Of a DNA stretch of 64,000 bases, positions 8,718-18,446 are shown piece by piece; positions within the stretch are counted from its first letter, which is position 1; every line of letters starts with the position of its first letter. A model generated the notes under the pieces. That model saw only the letters and a program-made list of their open reading frames with translations, did no database searches and was not told where the DNA came from. The translations under genes and the position numbers were made by a program. The DNA comes from Erysipelotrichaceae bacterium (GTDB lineage: Bacteria; Bacillota_I; Bacilli_A; RFN20; CAG-826): NCBI GenBank assembly GCA_034932745.1, contig JAYFOJ010000003.1, positions 80,307-144,306 on the forward strand, given 5' to 3'.

Positions 8718-11336
8718 ATGCGACGTTTTGCAGCCTATCTAACCTTAGCAATATCTGGCCTTATCATGGTCGGAGTGACTTTTAGTTCAACGCTCGTTCA
8801 AGCCAATAGTAACATTGAGTATTCCGATGGAAGAGCTTTAGTTTATCGTCTTTCCAAAGAAAACGGGGATGAATTAACTCAAGAAGATGAAGGTGCCTCT
8901 AAGGAAATGGCGTCCGTGATGGAAAGCCGTCTTAAAACCGCAAAAGTTAGTAATTATGATATAGTCACCGAAGGTGATGATACACTCAAAATCGTTTTAG
9001 CGCAAAACACCGAAGAAGGATACAACCAAGTAAGAGCTTATTTAGCTTTTGATGGAACATTTGCTTTAGGAACCGACACAAACGTTATGGCTATTGGCGA
9101 TGAATTCATGACTAGTAGCAAAGCCTATGTTTCTTTTATCAAAGATTATCCAACTGTTGTAATTCCGATTAACAAAGATAGTGAAGCATTTAAAGCCGTT
9201 ATTACTGAGGCTAAGAAAATAAACGAAACCGCTAACGGAGAAGGCGATGGTGCCCTAAATGTTAGAAAAGCAGATGATACTAAAAAGACTTATGTCTACT
9301 TAGCGTATAACTTCGTTAAGGACGAAGACTTGATTTCGCAAATGATCGAAGGTAACGCTGATTACGACGCTAAGAAAGCGGAAAAACTTCTCATTAAATT
9401 CGACATTTCACAGATTTGGTTCGACGATACAGAAACAAGCATCGCAACTGCAGTCGAAATCGACTCTGATGGCGATGGAAGTTATTCATATACCGATATT
9501 AAAAATGGTACACAAAAAGCAAATTTTTATTGCAACTTACTAAATGCTGAACACCTAGATTACAAAGTTACTTTTTTGTATGAATATGGTGTTCCTGCTT
9601 ATTTCGAAAACATTATTGATTACAATATGCAAGCCACTGTCGCATGGAGCAGAACATTCATTGCAGCACTAGTCGGCATTGCTATTATCGCCTTATTACT
9701 AGCGGTATTTTACCGTTGGGGTGCCGTCACAATTGGCACATTTGCAATTGGAAGTTGTTACATCGGACTATTGATATCGCTAGTTTTCTCAGCAGAGTTC
9801 AACATTGCTGGAGTGGTGGCGTATCTTGCAGTTGCGATTGCATCGATCGCCTCTGGCGTTATTTACATGACTAAGCTAAAAGAAGAATGCTATCGTGGTC
9901 GAAGCCTCAAAAAAGCTAATTCTGAAGCCTCAAAAAAATCACTTCTTCCAATCGTCGATATCCACGTTGCTCTAATCGTTATTGGGGCGTGTGCTTATTG
10001 GTTAGGCGGGGCTTCTATGGTTACCTTTGCGGCTGTAGTCGTGTTTGGCGGTCTTGCTTCATTACTCCTTAATACTCTAGGGCTAAAAGGAATGATGTGG
10101 TTATTAACAAATACTACTAAGTTTACTGGTAATTACGAAGTAATTGGAGTCGATTCAAATAAAGTTCCTAACTTATTAAATGAAGAAAAACAAAGTTATT
10201 ACGGACCATACGATGGCAAAGATTTCACAAAGAAGAAAAAGCCAGTTGGAATTATTGCCGCTATCTTATTTGTCGGATCTCTAGCCGGAATGATTGCTTT
10301 TGGTGCCATTAATGGAAGCCTATTCAATCACGGTTCTGATAATGCTGAAATGAATTACATTTATTTCGAAACAAAAACCGCGATTGGCGGTATGGATTCA
10401 GCATATGTGCAGGGATTATTAGATAATACTCACGTATACGTGAATGGCACTGATAGCGATGCTACATTGTTGAAATATGACTTACAACAAACCTACACAA
10501 GAACGGATACCGAAGACGATGTAGCAGTAACTTACACATATCTTGTTTGCTCAATCAATTCTAGTTATGAGACATCCCTTGAAGGTTACATCGATTACAA
10601 GGGATTCCATGAAGAAGGCACTTTAGATACATTATTCACATCTTTTATCGAAAACCACGCTGAAGATAGTCAGGCTACTGCCTCATTTAAAGTAGGCGAA
10701 CGCGCAAATATTACTGTCCCAGAATCTAGTTGGGTTATTATTGCAACCGCAGTCGCATCTGGATTCATGTGGATATATTTCATTCTTCGTTATCGTCTAT
10801 CAAGAGGTTTAACATCTCTTATCATTACCGGTATGACTGGTGGAATAGCTCTTGGATTCTTCGTGTTGACGAGAATTATTGCTAGCGAAGCACTTATTTA
10901 TGCCCTTCCATTAATCGTCTTTGTTACGATGGTTATGGAAGTAATCTTCATGAATAAAGATCGCGAGATGGCAAAGGATGATTTTGTAAGAACTAAAGAC
11001 AATTCTTACGCCCATCGAAACGAGATCATGGTAAAAGCAACGGCGCTATCGTTTGCGCCAATCCTTGCTGTGACCGTTTTAGCTGGGTACCTAGCCATTG
11101 ACTTCTTTGGCTTTGGACCAACGGCAACTAGTTTGATTTTTGGTGTAGCGTTGATCGGAATTATAATTGGCGCCTTATTGGTTACAACATTATATGGCCC
11201 AATTTCCCAATTCTTCTTCAAAATCTTTAGTCGCGTTAATATCAACATTAACCGTCCAAAGAAAAAGAAGAAGGCTGAAACAAAATCAAAGACCGCCGAA
11301 CCAGAAGAAGCAGTCTTCATCGGCATCAATGACTAA
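8718..11336 (+). CDS. secDF: Fused protein-export membrane protein SecDF (RND-like)
   Basis: 872 aa. Topology repeats twice: TM1, large extracytoplasmic domain, 5-TM cluster. Loops VIYMTKLKEECYRGRSL and VIFMNKDREMAKDDF resemble the SecD and SecF conserved cytoplasmic loops. Bacillus-like synteny ruvAB-(queA/tgt/yajC missing)-secDF-recJ. Confidence 0.55.
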   Translation: MRRFAAYLTLAISGLIMVGVTFSSTLVQANSNIEYSDGRALVYRLSKENGDELTQEDEGASKEMASVMESRLKTAKVSNYDIVTEGDDTLKIVLAQNTEEGYNQVRAYLAFDGTFALGTDTNVMAIGDEFMTSSKAYVSFIKDYPTVVIPINKDSEAFKAVITEAKKINETANGEGDGALNVRKADDTKKTYVYLAYNFVKDEDLISQMIEGNADYDAKKAEKLLIKFDISQIWFDDTETSIATAVEIDSDGDGSYSYTDIKNGTQKANFYCNLLNAEHLDYKVTFLYEYGVPAYFENIIDYNMQATVAWSRTFIAALVGIAIIALLLAVFYRWGAVTIGTFAIGSCYIGLLISLVFSAEFNIAGVVAYLAVAIASIASGVIYMTKLKEECYRGRSLKKANSEASKKSLLPIVDIHVALIVIGACAYWLGGASMVTFAAVVVFGGLASLLLNTLGLKGMMWLLTNTTKFTGNYEVIGVDSNKVPNLLNEEKQSYYGPYDGKDFTKKKKPVGIIAAILFVGSLAGMIAFGAINGSLFNHGSDNAEMNYIYFETKTAIGGMDSAYVQGLLDNTHVYVNGTDSDATLLKYDLQQTYTRTDTEDDVAVTYTYLVCSINSSYETSLEGYIDYKGFHEEGTLDTLFTSFIENHAEDSQATASFKVGERANITVPESSWVIIATAVASGFMWIYFILRYRLSRGLTSLIITGMTGGIALGFFVLTRIIASEALIYALPLIVFVTMVMEVIFMNKDREMAKDDFVRTKDNSYAHRNEIMVKATALSFAPILAVTVLAGYLAIDFFGFGPTATSLIFGVALIGIIIGALLVTTLYGPISQFFFKIFSRVNININRPKKKKKAETKSKTAEPEEAVFIGIND

Positions 11337-11340
11337 TTTT

Positions 11341-11366
11341 AAGGCTACTATGTAGCCTTTTTATTT
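11341..11366 (+). terminator. Terminator/attenuator after secDF
   Basis: aaggctacta-tgtagcctt followed by ttttattt; recJ ATG 7 nt downstream. Confidence 0.6.
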
Positions 11367-11372
11367 ATAATT

Positions 11373-12938
11373 ATGGAATTAAGTTTCTTAGAAAAATTAT
11401 TAAACTACTATGGTATTTCTTTAGAAGAATACGAGTTTTTAACTCGCGAACTTACAATTAGCGATTTACCTAATCATCTTTCTTTTAATCGGATGGATGA
11501 AGCGATATCTATCGTAAAAGATGCAATGAAGAAATCAGAGAAAATCATTGTCTATGGCGATTATGATGCTGACGGTGTTATGTCGACGTCAATCGTCGTT
11601 AAGGCTTTTTCCTTAATAAAATATGATGTCAATTATTATGTTCCATCTCGCTACCTAGATGGCTACGGGATTAATCTTGCTAAGGCTAAAGAAATAGTTG
11701 AAAAGGGTTATAAATTGTTGATTACAGTCGATAATGGTGTAACCGCATTCGAGGCTATCGAATACTGTAAGAATCATGGGATGAGAATTATTGTTATTGA
11801 TCACCACGAATACGAAAAAACTCTTCCTGAAGCCGATGTTATTTTGCATCCACAGATATCGAATTTTGGCAAAATAAAAACTAGTGCAGGTTTTGTCTCT
11901 TTGATGTTCGCAACAGCTTTAATTGGTCATTTTGATAAGTACTTGATGACCTTGGCATCAATTTCTCTTATTACTGACATGATGCCTTTAAAAGAATACA
12001 ATCGAGATTTGCTTAGATATGTTTTTAGCAATTATAAATTCGGTGAGTTTAAGAATCTCGACTTATTAAGCGATGGCGAAAAGTTCGACGAATCGACAAT
12101 CGGAATGAAAATTGGACCTAAGATCAACGCCATTGGACGTCTTATCAAAAACACGAACATTAACCGCTTGGTAAACTATTTTACGACCAATGATTTGAGC
12201 GTTATTAATCATTTATATGCTTGGATAATCGAAGTCAATGAACAAAGAAAGATTAAAAGTAAAAATGCAATCGACAATCTAGAAGACATCGATTCAAAAC
12301 AGGATGGATTGGTCGTTTTAGTCGACTGCGAAGAAGGATTAATTGGAATTATCGCTAATAAGATTCTAAATGAATATCGTAAACCAGTGGTGGTCTTTAC
12401 CAAGGATTCCGCTAATCCTGAAGTACTTAAGGGATCTTGCCGTTCATTGGAAGGTTTCGACATCATTAAAGCTTTCGATGGCTTATCAGAGTTTTCGATT
12501 ACTTCTGGTGGCCACGCCCTTGCAGGCGGGATTAGCATTAATAATAAAGATTTAGAAAAGTTCACTATTAAATTTAACGAAATCGCAAGAAAACATCCGC
12601 CATTATCGATTATCAGTAAAAACATTCAAATTAAATTAGTGGATGTTAGCCTATCTAATTACCGCTTGTTGGAATCGCTTTCTCCTTTTGGTGAAGACTG
12701 GCGCGCTCCATTATTTATGCTTAAGCATATTAAATGCGATGCATTAACTTTTTCTCGAACTGGAGAGCATATAATGACAAGTCTATCGCCGAGTATTAAA
12801 TTAGTTGGCTTCAATATATCGCGTGCATCATTGAAAGATATTGGTTTTATTGATGCGGTAGGCAAAATAGAAACGCACTCATATAACGGTAACGATTATA
12901 TTCAATTCAAAATTGAAGAAACAACATCGGCCGATTAA
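11373..12938 (+). CDS. recJ: Single-stranded-DNA-specific exonuclease RecJ (short form, DHH/DHHA1)
   Basis: KIIVYGDYDADGVMSTSIV; DHH motif IVIDHHE; DHHA1 motif SGGHALAGG; B. subtilis-like position after secDF. Confidence 0.8.
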   Translation: MELSFLEKLLNYYGISLEEYEFLTRELTISDLPNHLSFNRMDEAISIVKDAMKKSEKIIVYGDYDADGVMSTSIVVKAFSLIKYDVNYYVPSRYLDGYGINLAKAKEIVEKGYKLLITVDNGVTAFEAIEYCKNHGMRIIVIDHHEYEKTLPEADVILHPQISNFGKIKTSAGFVSLMFATALIGHFDKYLMTLASISLITDMMPLKEYNRDLLRYVFSNYKFGEFKNLDLLSDGEKFDESTIGMKIGPKINAIGRLIKNTNINRLVNYFTTNDLSVINHLYAWIIEVNEQRKIKSKNAIDNLEDIDSKQDGLVVLVDCEEGLIGIIANKILNEYRKPVVVFTKDSANPEVLKGSCRSLEGFDIIKAFDGLSEFSITSGGHALAGGISINNKDLEKFTIKFNEIARKHPPLSIISKNIQIKLVDVSLSNYRLLESLSPFGEDWRAPLFMLKHIKCDALTFSRTGEHIMTSLSPSIKLVGFNISRASLKDIGFIDAVGKIETHSYNGNDYIQFKIEETTSAD

Positions 12939-12952
12939 GGTATAATAAACAT

Positions 12953-13639
12953 ATGAAAAAAGTGATTTTTGTTTTATTACCACTTGCAGTTATTGTTTTA
13001 ACTTCATGCAAATTCGAACTGGCTTCTGATAATGGAAGTTATTCTATTTATCAGCCTAGTTCTACCGAAATCAGTTCTCAAAACATTGTTTATTTTAACG
13101 GTGACACCTTTAACGACGCTGATTATTCGACGAATTATACAATAGATTGTACGAACAAGAATGTTAATAGTGGAGCATATTATCAAGATACCCAATCTCT
13201 TCTTCTTGCAATGAATCAAGTCGCAAGCGATTCAGAATCTAGTTCGATTATCCCTATCATCTCGTCAATCGATCAAATGACTTATGTTGGACGTGGTGCG
13301 GGTGGCGTCTTAATTGGATATCCAATCGAAAGATATAACGGCGTTTTGAAATTCACTTTAGCTAACGGACTAGTTGCAAAAGCAATTAGAGTAATCGCCT
13401 CGCCTAGAGCAAATAACTACACCGATTGGGAAGATGGTGTTGAAAAGCTTGATATCGATGAATGTGCTATCTCGATTAATGGTTCTAATTACATAAAACT
13501 CGATGATACCGCTGACACATTAGCATCTATTGAAGACACGATTTGCAGTGTAATTTTACCTATCGAAGGTTCTAATCAAATTACCATTTCGGCCTATGGA
13601 GAACAGGCGATTATACATTCGATTATTATCTATAATTAA
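12953..13639 (+). CDS. Lipoprotein, unknown function
   Basis: Signal peptide plus lipobox LTSC; 228 aa. Confidence 0.6.
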   Translation: MKKVIFVLLPLAVIVLTSCKFELASDNGSYSIYQPSSTEISSQNIVYFNGDTFNDADYSTNYTIDCTNKNVNSGAYYQDTQSLLLAMNQVASDSESSSIIPIISSIDQMTYVGRGAGGVLIGYPIERYNGVLKFTLANGLVAKAIRVIASPRANNYTDWEDGVEKLDIDECAISINGSNYIKLDDTADTLASIEDTICSVILPIEGSNQITISAYGEQAIIHSIIIYN

Positions 13640-13663
13640 TATTTATTTTTTGTCATCAATTTT

Positions 13664-13691
13664 ACAACAAGTATATATACTTGTTTTTTAT
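13664..13691 (+). terminator. Terminator
   Basis: acaacaagtat-atat-acttgtttttt. Confidence 0.7.
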
Positions 13692-13825
13692 TACAATCGC
13701 CATATTTCCTAAAAACAATATAACAATTCAAAGAATAAAAGGTCTAATAGTATCAAAAACTTTACTTGATTTTGGTGCTCGCGTATAATTATATATGTCA
13801 ATACATATAGGAGGAATATTTCATA

Positions 13826-15379
13826 ATGAAGAAATCATTAATTGTATTGCCAGTGATGCTACTTCTTCTTGGAGCCTGTGTAGGTCCAAATCCAGGTAGC
13901 TCATCGGAACCAAATCCATCGTCATCCGAACCAACCCCAAGTTCAAGTGAACCAACCCCAAGTTCAAGCGAAGAACCAACTTCTAGCAGTGAGCCAGTAG
14001 TCGATGTTCAAACAATCGCTCAAGTTCGTGCACTATCCGCCGAAGGCGCAGTCACGATCGAAGGCAACGTCGTCGCTAAGAACGAAAAGGGATTTATTCT
14101 CGCAGACGCAACAGGATTTATTCTTGTATTCTTAGGCTCTGCTCCAACCCAAGGTATCGGTGATTTCGTCCGTGTTGCTGGAACTACTTCAATGTATCAA
14201 GGCGCTAGACAGATTACCAACAATCCTCTACCAACAATTACTGCTGGTGAAGGCACTAACCCACACGCTGGTTTAGGTACCGCTGCTCAAATGACAAAAG
14301 CTCAATGGGATGCATTCGATATGGCATCAAATGTGCCAACATACATCACAGGTGTTGCTACAGTATTTGCTAGTGGAACATATTACAACTTCCACTTCGC
14401 CGGAATCGGTGAAACTGGTGCTGCAAGTTTGCCAGGATCAATCGCTTATGCTCCAGCCGAACTAAACTTCGCTGTTGCTGCTAACGTTGATAAAGCATAC
14501 ACTTTCACAGGCCTATTAATCGGCACATCCGTGAGCGGTGGCGCTGTCGTTAGACAAAATATTCTTGTTACCTCATTCGCCCCAGTTCAATCTGGTGGCG
14601 AGTCTTCGTCTGAACCAACTTCAAGCGAACCAGGATCATCTGACTCAAGTAGCGAACCAACTGATGTCATTCACGTTCCAGCCGTTAATCTTTGTGTTGC
14701 TGCTGGCGCTGAAACAAGTTTAAATTTATCTAATGTTAAAATAATTAGCAATGTTTCGGCAAATAGTGTTGCCACTGGTGTTACTTCATCAGGTGTTGTT
14801 ATGATTAATTATTTCGCATGTACTGGTGATTTAAAGACGACTGCTCAAGGAATGACGGCGGGAAATTACTACAATATTGCTGGAAATATAGAGAAAGGTA
14901 CTTCAACGGGTGGAGACTTTGCTCGTTCATATTTATGCATTCCTACAAGCATCACAACTGGAACAAGTGATGGGAAGCAGTACATAATGGATTCTGCTAG
15001 CACAATTGATGTATTTGATAATTCAGCTGTTCCAACTACAGAATACAAGGCTTTTATGGATGGGTTAACTTCAGCTAGTTTAGGAGTTGTATATACATTC
15101 ACGAATGTCATCTTTAAAACTAATACCGCTTCCACTAGTTCTACTAGTGCTGACTATATAACTAGCGAAGCAGATACAACAAATAATACGATTCGAACTG
15201 GCACAGGCTTTTGGAGATTAGCTGTTTATCATTTTGATTACGCTACCGCTCCTACAGTTGGAACCAGATATACTGTAAAAGCAATAATTGTTGGTACAAA
15301 TAAGGATTTCACACAAAATAGCGCTAATCAAATTGTTAGACTATCTCAATATGTCGAAATCACTCCGCAATTAGCATAG
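13826..15379 (+). CDS. Large surface lipoprotein with two Ser/Pro/Glu-rich linkers and two globular domains (the first possibly OB-fold-like)
   Basis: Lipobox LLGAC; linkers SSEPNPSSSEPTPSSSEPTPSSSEEPTSSSEP and SSSEPTSSEPGSSDSSSEPTD; 517 aa. Confidence 0.6.
   Translation: MKKSLIVLPVMLLLLGACVGPNPGSSSEPNPSSSEPTPSSSEPTPSSSEEPTSSSEPVVDVQTIAQVRALSAEGAVTIEGNVVAKNEKGFILADATGFILVFLGSAPTQGIGDFVRVAGTTSMYQGARQITNNPLPTITAGEGTNPHAGLGTAAQMTKAQWDAFDMASNVPTYITGVATVFASGTYYNFHFAGIGETGAASLPGSIAYAPAELNFAVAANVDKAYTFTGLLIGTSVSGGAVVRQNILVTSFAPVQSGGESSSEPTSSEPGSSDSSSEPTDVIHVPAVNLCVAAGAETSLNLSNVKIISNVSANSVATGVTSSGVVMINYFACTGDLKTTAQGMTAGNYYNIAGNIEKGTSTGGDFARSYLCIPTSITTGTSDGKQYIMDSASTIDVFDNSAVPTTEYKAFMDGLTSASLGVVYTFTNVIFKTNTASTSSTSADYITSEADTTNNTIRTGTGFWRLAVYHFDYATAPTVGTRYTVKAIIVGTNKDFTQNSANQIVRLSQYVEITPQLA
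13900..13990 (+). repeat. Tandem 21-nt coding repeat (EPTPSSS units), about 3 copies, within the lipoprotein gene
   Basis: gaaccaaccccaagttcaagt at 13928-13948 and gaaccaaccccaagttcaagc at 13949-13969, plus a degenerate copy upstream. Confidence 0.8.
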
Positions 15380-15407
15380 GTTTAATGCTCATAATATAAT
15401 CCAATTA

Positions 15408-15434
15408 ATGACACGCATATGCGTGTCATTTTTG
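15408..15434 (+). terminator. Terminator
   Basis: Perfect palindrome atgacacgcat-atgcgtgtcat followed by ttttt. Confidence 0.85.
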
Positions 15435-15436
15435 TA

Positions 15437-15465
15437 TTTACTAACACTTGTTTTTCACCTATAAT
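15437..15465 (+). promoter_or_regulatory. Promoter
   Basis: TTTACT, 17-nt spacer, TATAAT. Confidence 0.45.
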
Positions 15466-15495
15466 AAATTAAATACAATTGGAGGAATTGTGATA

Positions 15496-16032
15496 ATGAA
15501 AAAAGCTCTTCTTTTATTCCCAGCTTTGTTACTAGTTTTGGGGGCTTGCAATACTAGCAACCCACAAAACAGTGCATCTGAAAGCGGTGGTAATCACGCG
15601 AGTACAAGCGAGACAGAAGGACCTAGTCAGGAACTAGCAAATGTAGCAATCAATAAGGCTATTCCAACTGGCTGGACTTACATCTCAAACAATCCAGAGA
15701 CCTATCCAGATCCAGCATTCTATAGTGTTGGCTCATTGAAATTGAACTTTGCTGGTATGGGAATTCAATCTCCTGCTTTCGGTTCTAGTGCTAAGACCGT
15801 AAAGTTGGTTGGAACATTGAATACAAATACTAAAACAGAAGGCGATGCAACAACAATAGCGGTCGAAGATATGTCTGGAACTATCTTGGCCAGCAAGATG
15901 TTCTCTGCCACTGGCTTAACTACTTTTGATGAAACATTAACCCTTACGACCAAAAAGACTCAATTCAAAATTATCTTAACGGCTAATAAGGGATACAACA
16001 TCGGTCTTGCGACCATTGTCGTCAATAGCTAA
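15496..16032 (+). CDS. Lipoprotein, unknown function
   Basis: Start at MKKALLLFPALLLVLGAC (lipobox) after a GGAGG SD; the upstream part of the ORF-track ORF is unlikely to be coding. Confidence 0.6.
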   Translation: MKKALLLFPALLLVLGACNTSNPQNSASESGGNHASTSETEGPSQELANVAINKAIPTGWTYISNNPETYPDPAFYSVGSLKLNFAGMGIQSPAFGSSAKTVKLVGTLNTNTKTEGDATTIAVEDMSGTILASKMFSATGLTTFDETLTLTTKKTQFKIILTANKGYNIGLATIVVNS

Positions 16033-16049
16033 TTTCTACTCTATAATCA

Positions 16050-16085
16050 AGAGGATTGCGGTTAACTCCGCAATCCTTTTTTTAC
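16050..16085 (+). terminator. Terminator
   Basis: aggattgcgg-ttaact-ccgcaatcct followed by tttttt. Confidence 0.85.
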
Positions 16086-16128
16086 TACTCTTTATATTTA
16101 TTTGGTAAAATAATATAATCAATTAACT

Positions 16129-18342
16129 ATGGAAGAGAATAAAGTTTTAAAAGTAAATGGCGGTTATCCACTTCATACCTTCGAAGATTTGAAGTCTGTT
16201 TTTGACGTTTATATTTCGAATGAAGAAGACCGCAATAGCATCCGTAGAGCTTACGATTTCGTCATTGAAAAACATAAAGGCCAATTAAGAAAAAGCGGTG
16301 AGCCATACTATCACCATTTAATAGAAGTAGCCTATATTTTAGCCACTCTTAGAGGTGGACCTGCGACAATATGTGCTGGACTTCTTCACGATGTCGTCGA
16401 AGACACTGATGTTACGGTCGAAGAAATCGAGGCTAAATGGGGCAGCGATGTTGCAAAAATAGTCGGTGCTTTAACAAAGATTCAAAGATTAAAATTATCG
16501 AAGATAAACTCTGAAGATTTCGAAGCCGAAGATCATCGTAAAATATTCTTAGGCATGGCCCAAGATGTCCGTGTTATCTTGGTAAAACTAGCAGATCGTC
16601 TTCACAATATGAGAACTTTGGAGGCCTTACCTCCAGATCGACAAATCGCACTTAGTAGAGAGACTCTCGATGTTTTTGTGCCAATTGCACATCGCCTAGG
16701 TATTAATATCATTAAAAGCGAACTCGAAGATTTGTGTTTAAAGTATCTCGAGCCTGAAAAGTTTGAAGAAATTGTTCGTTTATTAAATAAAAGAAGTCGC
16801 GCGAGCAAGAAATCATTAGTCGCTCTTAGCAAAAGAATTGCTGATATTTTGTTCGAGCATAATATTCCTTTTGAAGTCAAATCAAGAGTGAAATCGATCT
16901 ATTCAATTTACGAGAAAATGTATCATAAGGGTAAAGCGTTTGACGAAATATACGATGTTTTAGCTTTAAGAATTATTTGTGATACCGAATTACAATGTTA
17001 TGAAGTACTTGGTCTAATTCATCAAGTTTATCGACCGATACCTGGCCGCTTTAAAGACTATATTGCAATGCCAAAACCAAACATGTATCAATCATTACAT
17101 ACGTCAATTGTATCTGGCGATGGTAATGTCTACGAAATACAGATTAGAACAAAAGAAATGGATCAAACCGCCGAGTCTGGAATTGCTGCGCACTGGGCAT
17201 ATAAAGAAGGATCGTATAACGCACAAAAAGAACAAAAAGAAATCGAGAATCAATTACACTGGTTTAGAGACTTCGTTTCGATGAGCGGCGAGCAAGATGA
17301 AAACGCGCAAGAATACATGGATTCTTTAACTAATGATATTTTCGGCGCGAATGTTTATGTCTTTACTCCAAAAGGAAAAGTGGTAGAACTTCCAAACGGG
17401 GCAACTCCTCTTGATTTTGCCTATAAGATTCATACTCATGTCGGAGATAGTGCGACCGGTGCCATCGTGAATAAAATCATGGTGCCGCTTAATACCAAAC
17501 TAAAGACTGGCGATATGGTCGAAATTAGAACCAGTAAAAATCCATCTGGACCAAATTCTCGCTGGCTCGATTTTGTTGTGACCTCACATGCTAAGGCATG
17601 TATCAGGAAGTACTTAATTAAGAAAAACGCTGATATTATGCGCGAAGAAAACATTTCAAAAGCAAAAGGCGTTTGTCTTGATGCTTTTAGAGAAAGAGGA
17701 GTGACCAACGAGACAGAAATGATGAATTTTATTTCTGATAAGAAAGTCCTCGATAACTTTAACTTTCCAAATGTCGACGAATTACTTCTTGGGGTAGCGG
17801 TAAGAAAACCGACGCCAAGCGCAATCGTTGATTTCCTCGGTCTAAAAAGAATTAATCCAAATCCAATCGTCAATAAAGGCAAACAGATTAGTAACGATGA
17901 CTTACCAGTTTATTGTAAAGGTGTCGGCAAGATTGCTATTAGTTTAGCCTCATGTTGTACTCCAATTCCTGGAGACGATATTGTCGGTTATATTACCAAA
18001 GGTAAAGGCATTACTGTTCATAGAACAAATTGTCCTAATATCGCAAACGAAAAAGTGAGATTAATATCGGTTTTCTGGAAAGATAATTTAGGTGAGCAAA
18101 CTTATCCAGTCGATATCATCGTCGAAGCTAGCGATCGGCCTTCTTTACTGGCTGATGTGCTGAATGTTTTAAGTTCACAGAAAATAACTTGTACTAGTGT
18201 TCATGCGAAATTGAACACGACAACATATATTACCAATGTAAATCTCACCATTTATGTCACTAATACAGACAAACTTAATAGTGTATTCAATCTAATCGCG
18301 AATGTTTCTGGCGTTTTAAAGATTTCTCGTTTAATTCATTAA
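16129..18342 (+). CDS. relA: Bifunctional (p)ppGpp synthetase/hydrolase RelA/SpoT
   Basis: HD domain (HHLIEVAY...HDVVEDT); synthetase motif RFKDYIAMPKPNMYQSLHT; TGS and ACT domains; 737 aa. Confidence 0.95.
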   Translation: MEENKVLKVNGGYPLHTFEDLKSVFDVYISNEEDRNSIRRAYDFVIEKHKGQLRKSGEPYYHHLIEVAYILATLRGGPATICAGLLHDVVEDTDVTVEEIEAKWGSDVAKIVGALTKIQRLKLSKINSEDFEAEDHRKIFLGMAQDVRVILVKLADRLHNMRTLEALPPDRQIALSRETLDVFVPIAHRLGINIIKSELEDLCLKYLEPEKFEEIVRLLNKRSRASKKSLVALSKRIADILFEHNIPFEVKSRVKSIYSIYEKMYHKGKAFDEIYDVLALRIICDTELQCYEVLGLIHQVYRPIPGRFKDYIAMPKPNMYQSLHTSIVSGDGNVYEIQIRTKEMDQTAESGIAAHWAYKEGSYNAQKEQKEIENQLHWFRDFVSMSGEQDENAQEYMDSLTNDIFGANVYVFTPKGKVVELPNGATPLDFAYKIHTHVGDSATGAIVNKIMVPLNTKLKTGDMVEIRTSKNPSGPNSRWLDFVVTSHAKACIRKYLIKKNADIMREENISKAKGVCLDAFRERGVTNETEMMNFISDKKVLDNFNFPNVDELLLGVAVRKPTPSAIVDFLGLKRINPNPIVNKGKQISNDDLPVYCKGVGKIAISLASCCTPIPGDDIVGYITKGKGITVHRTNCPNIANEKVRLISVFWKDNLGEQTYPVDIIVEASDRPSLLADVLNVLSSQKITCTSVHAKLNTTTYITNVNLTIYVTNTDKLNSVFNLIANVSGVLKISRLIH

Positions 18343-18367
18343 TAATAAGATTATATCTTATATATCT

Positions 18368-18396
18368 TTGACTTACTTATCGTCGGTTTGTATAAT
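18368..18396 (+). promoter_or_regulatory. Consensus-like promoter for hisS-aspS
   Basis: TTGACT, 17 nt, TATAAT; leader too short for a T-box. Confidence 0.6.
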
Positions 18397-18446
18397 TAGC
18401 ATGCATAATAAATAAGGTCTTCTTATTTATTGAAAGGACGATTGAT

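Noticed and set aside
13900-13990. Possible CRISPR or other non-coding repeat
   Set aside because: The repeats are in-frame 21-nt units encoding EPTPSSS inside a lipoprotein gene, with no spacer-repeat architecture.
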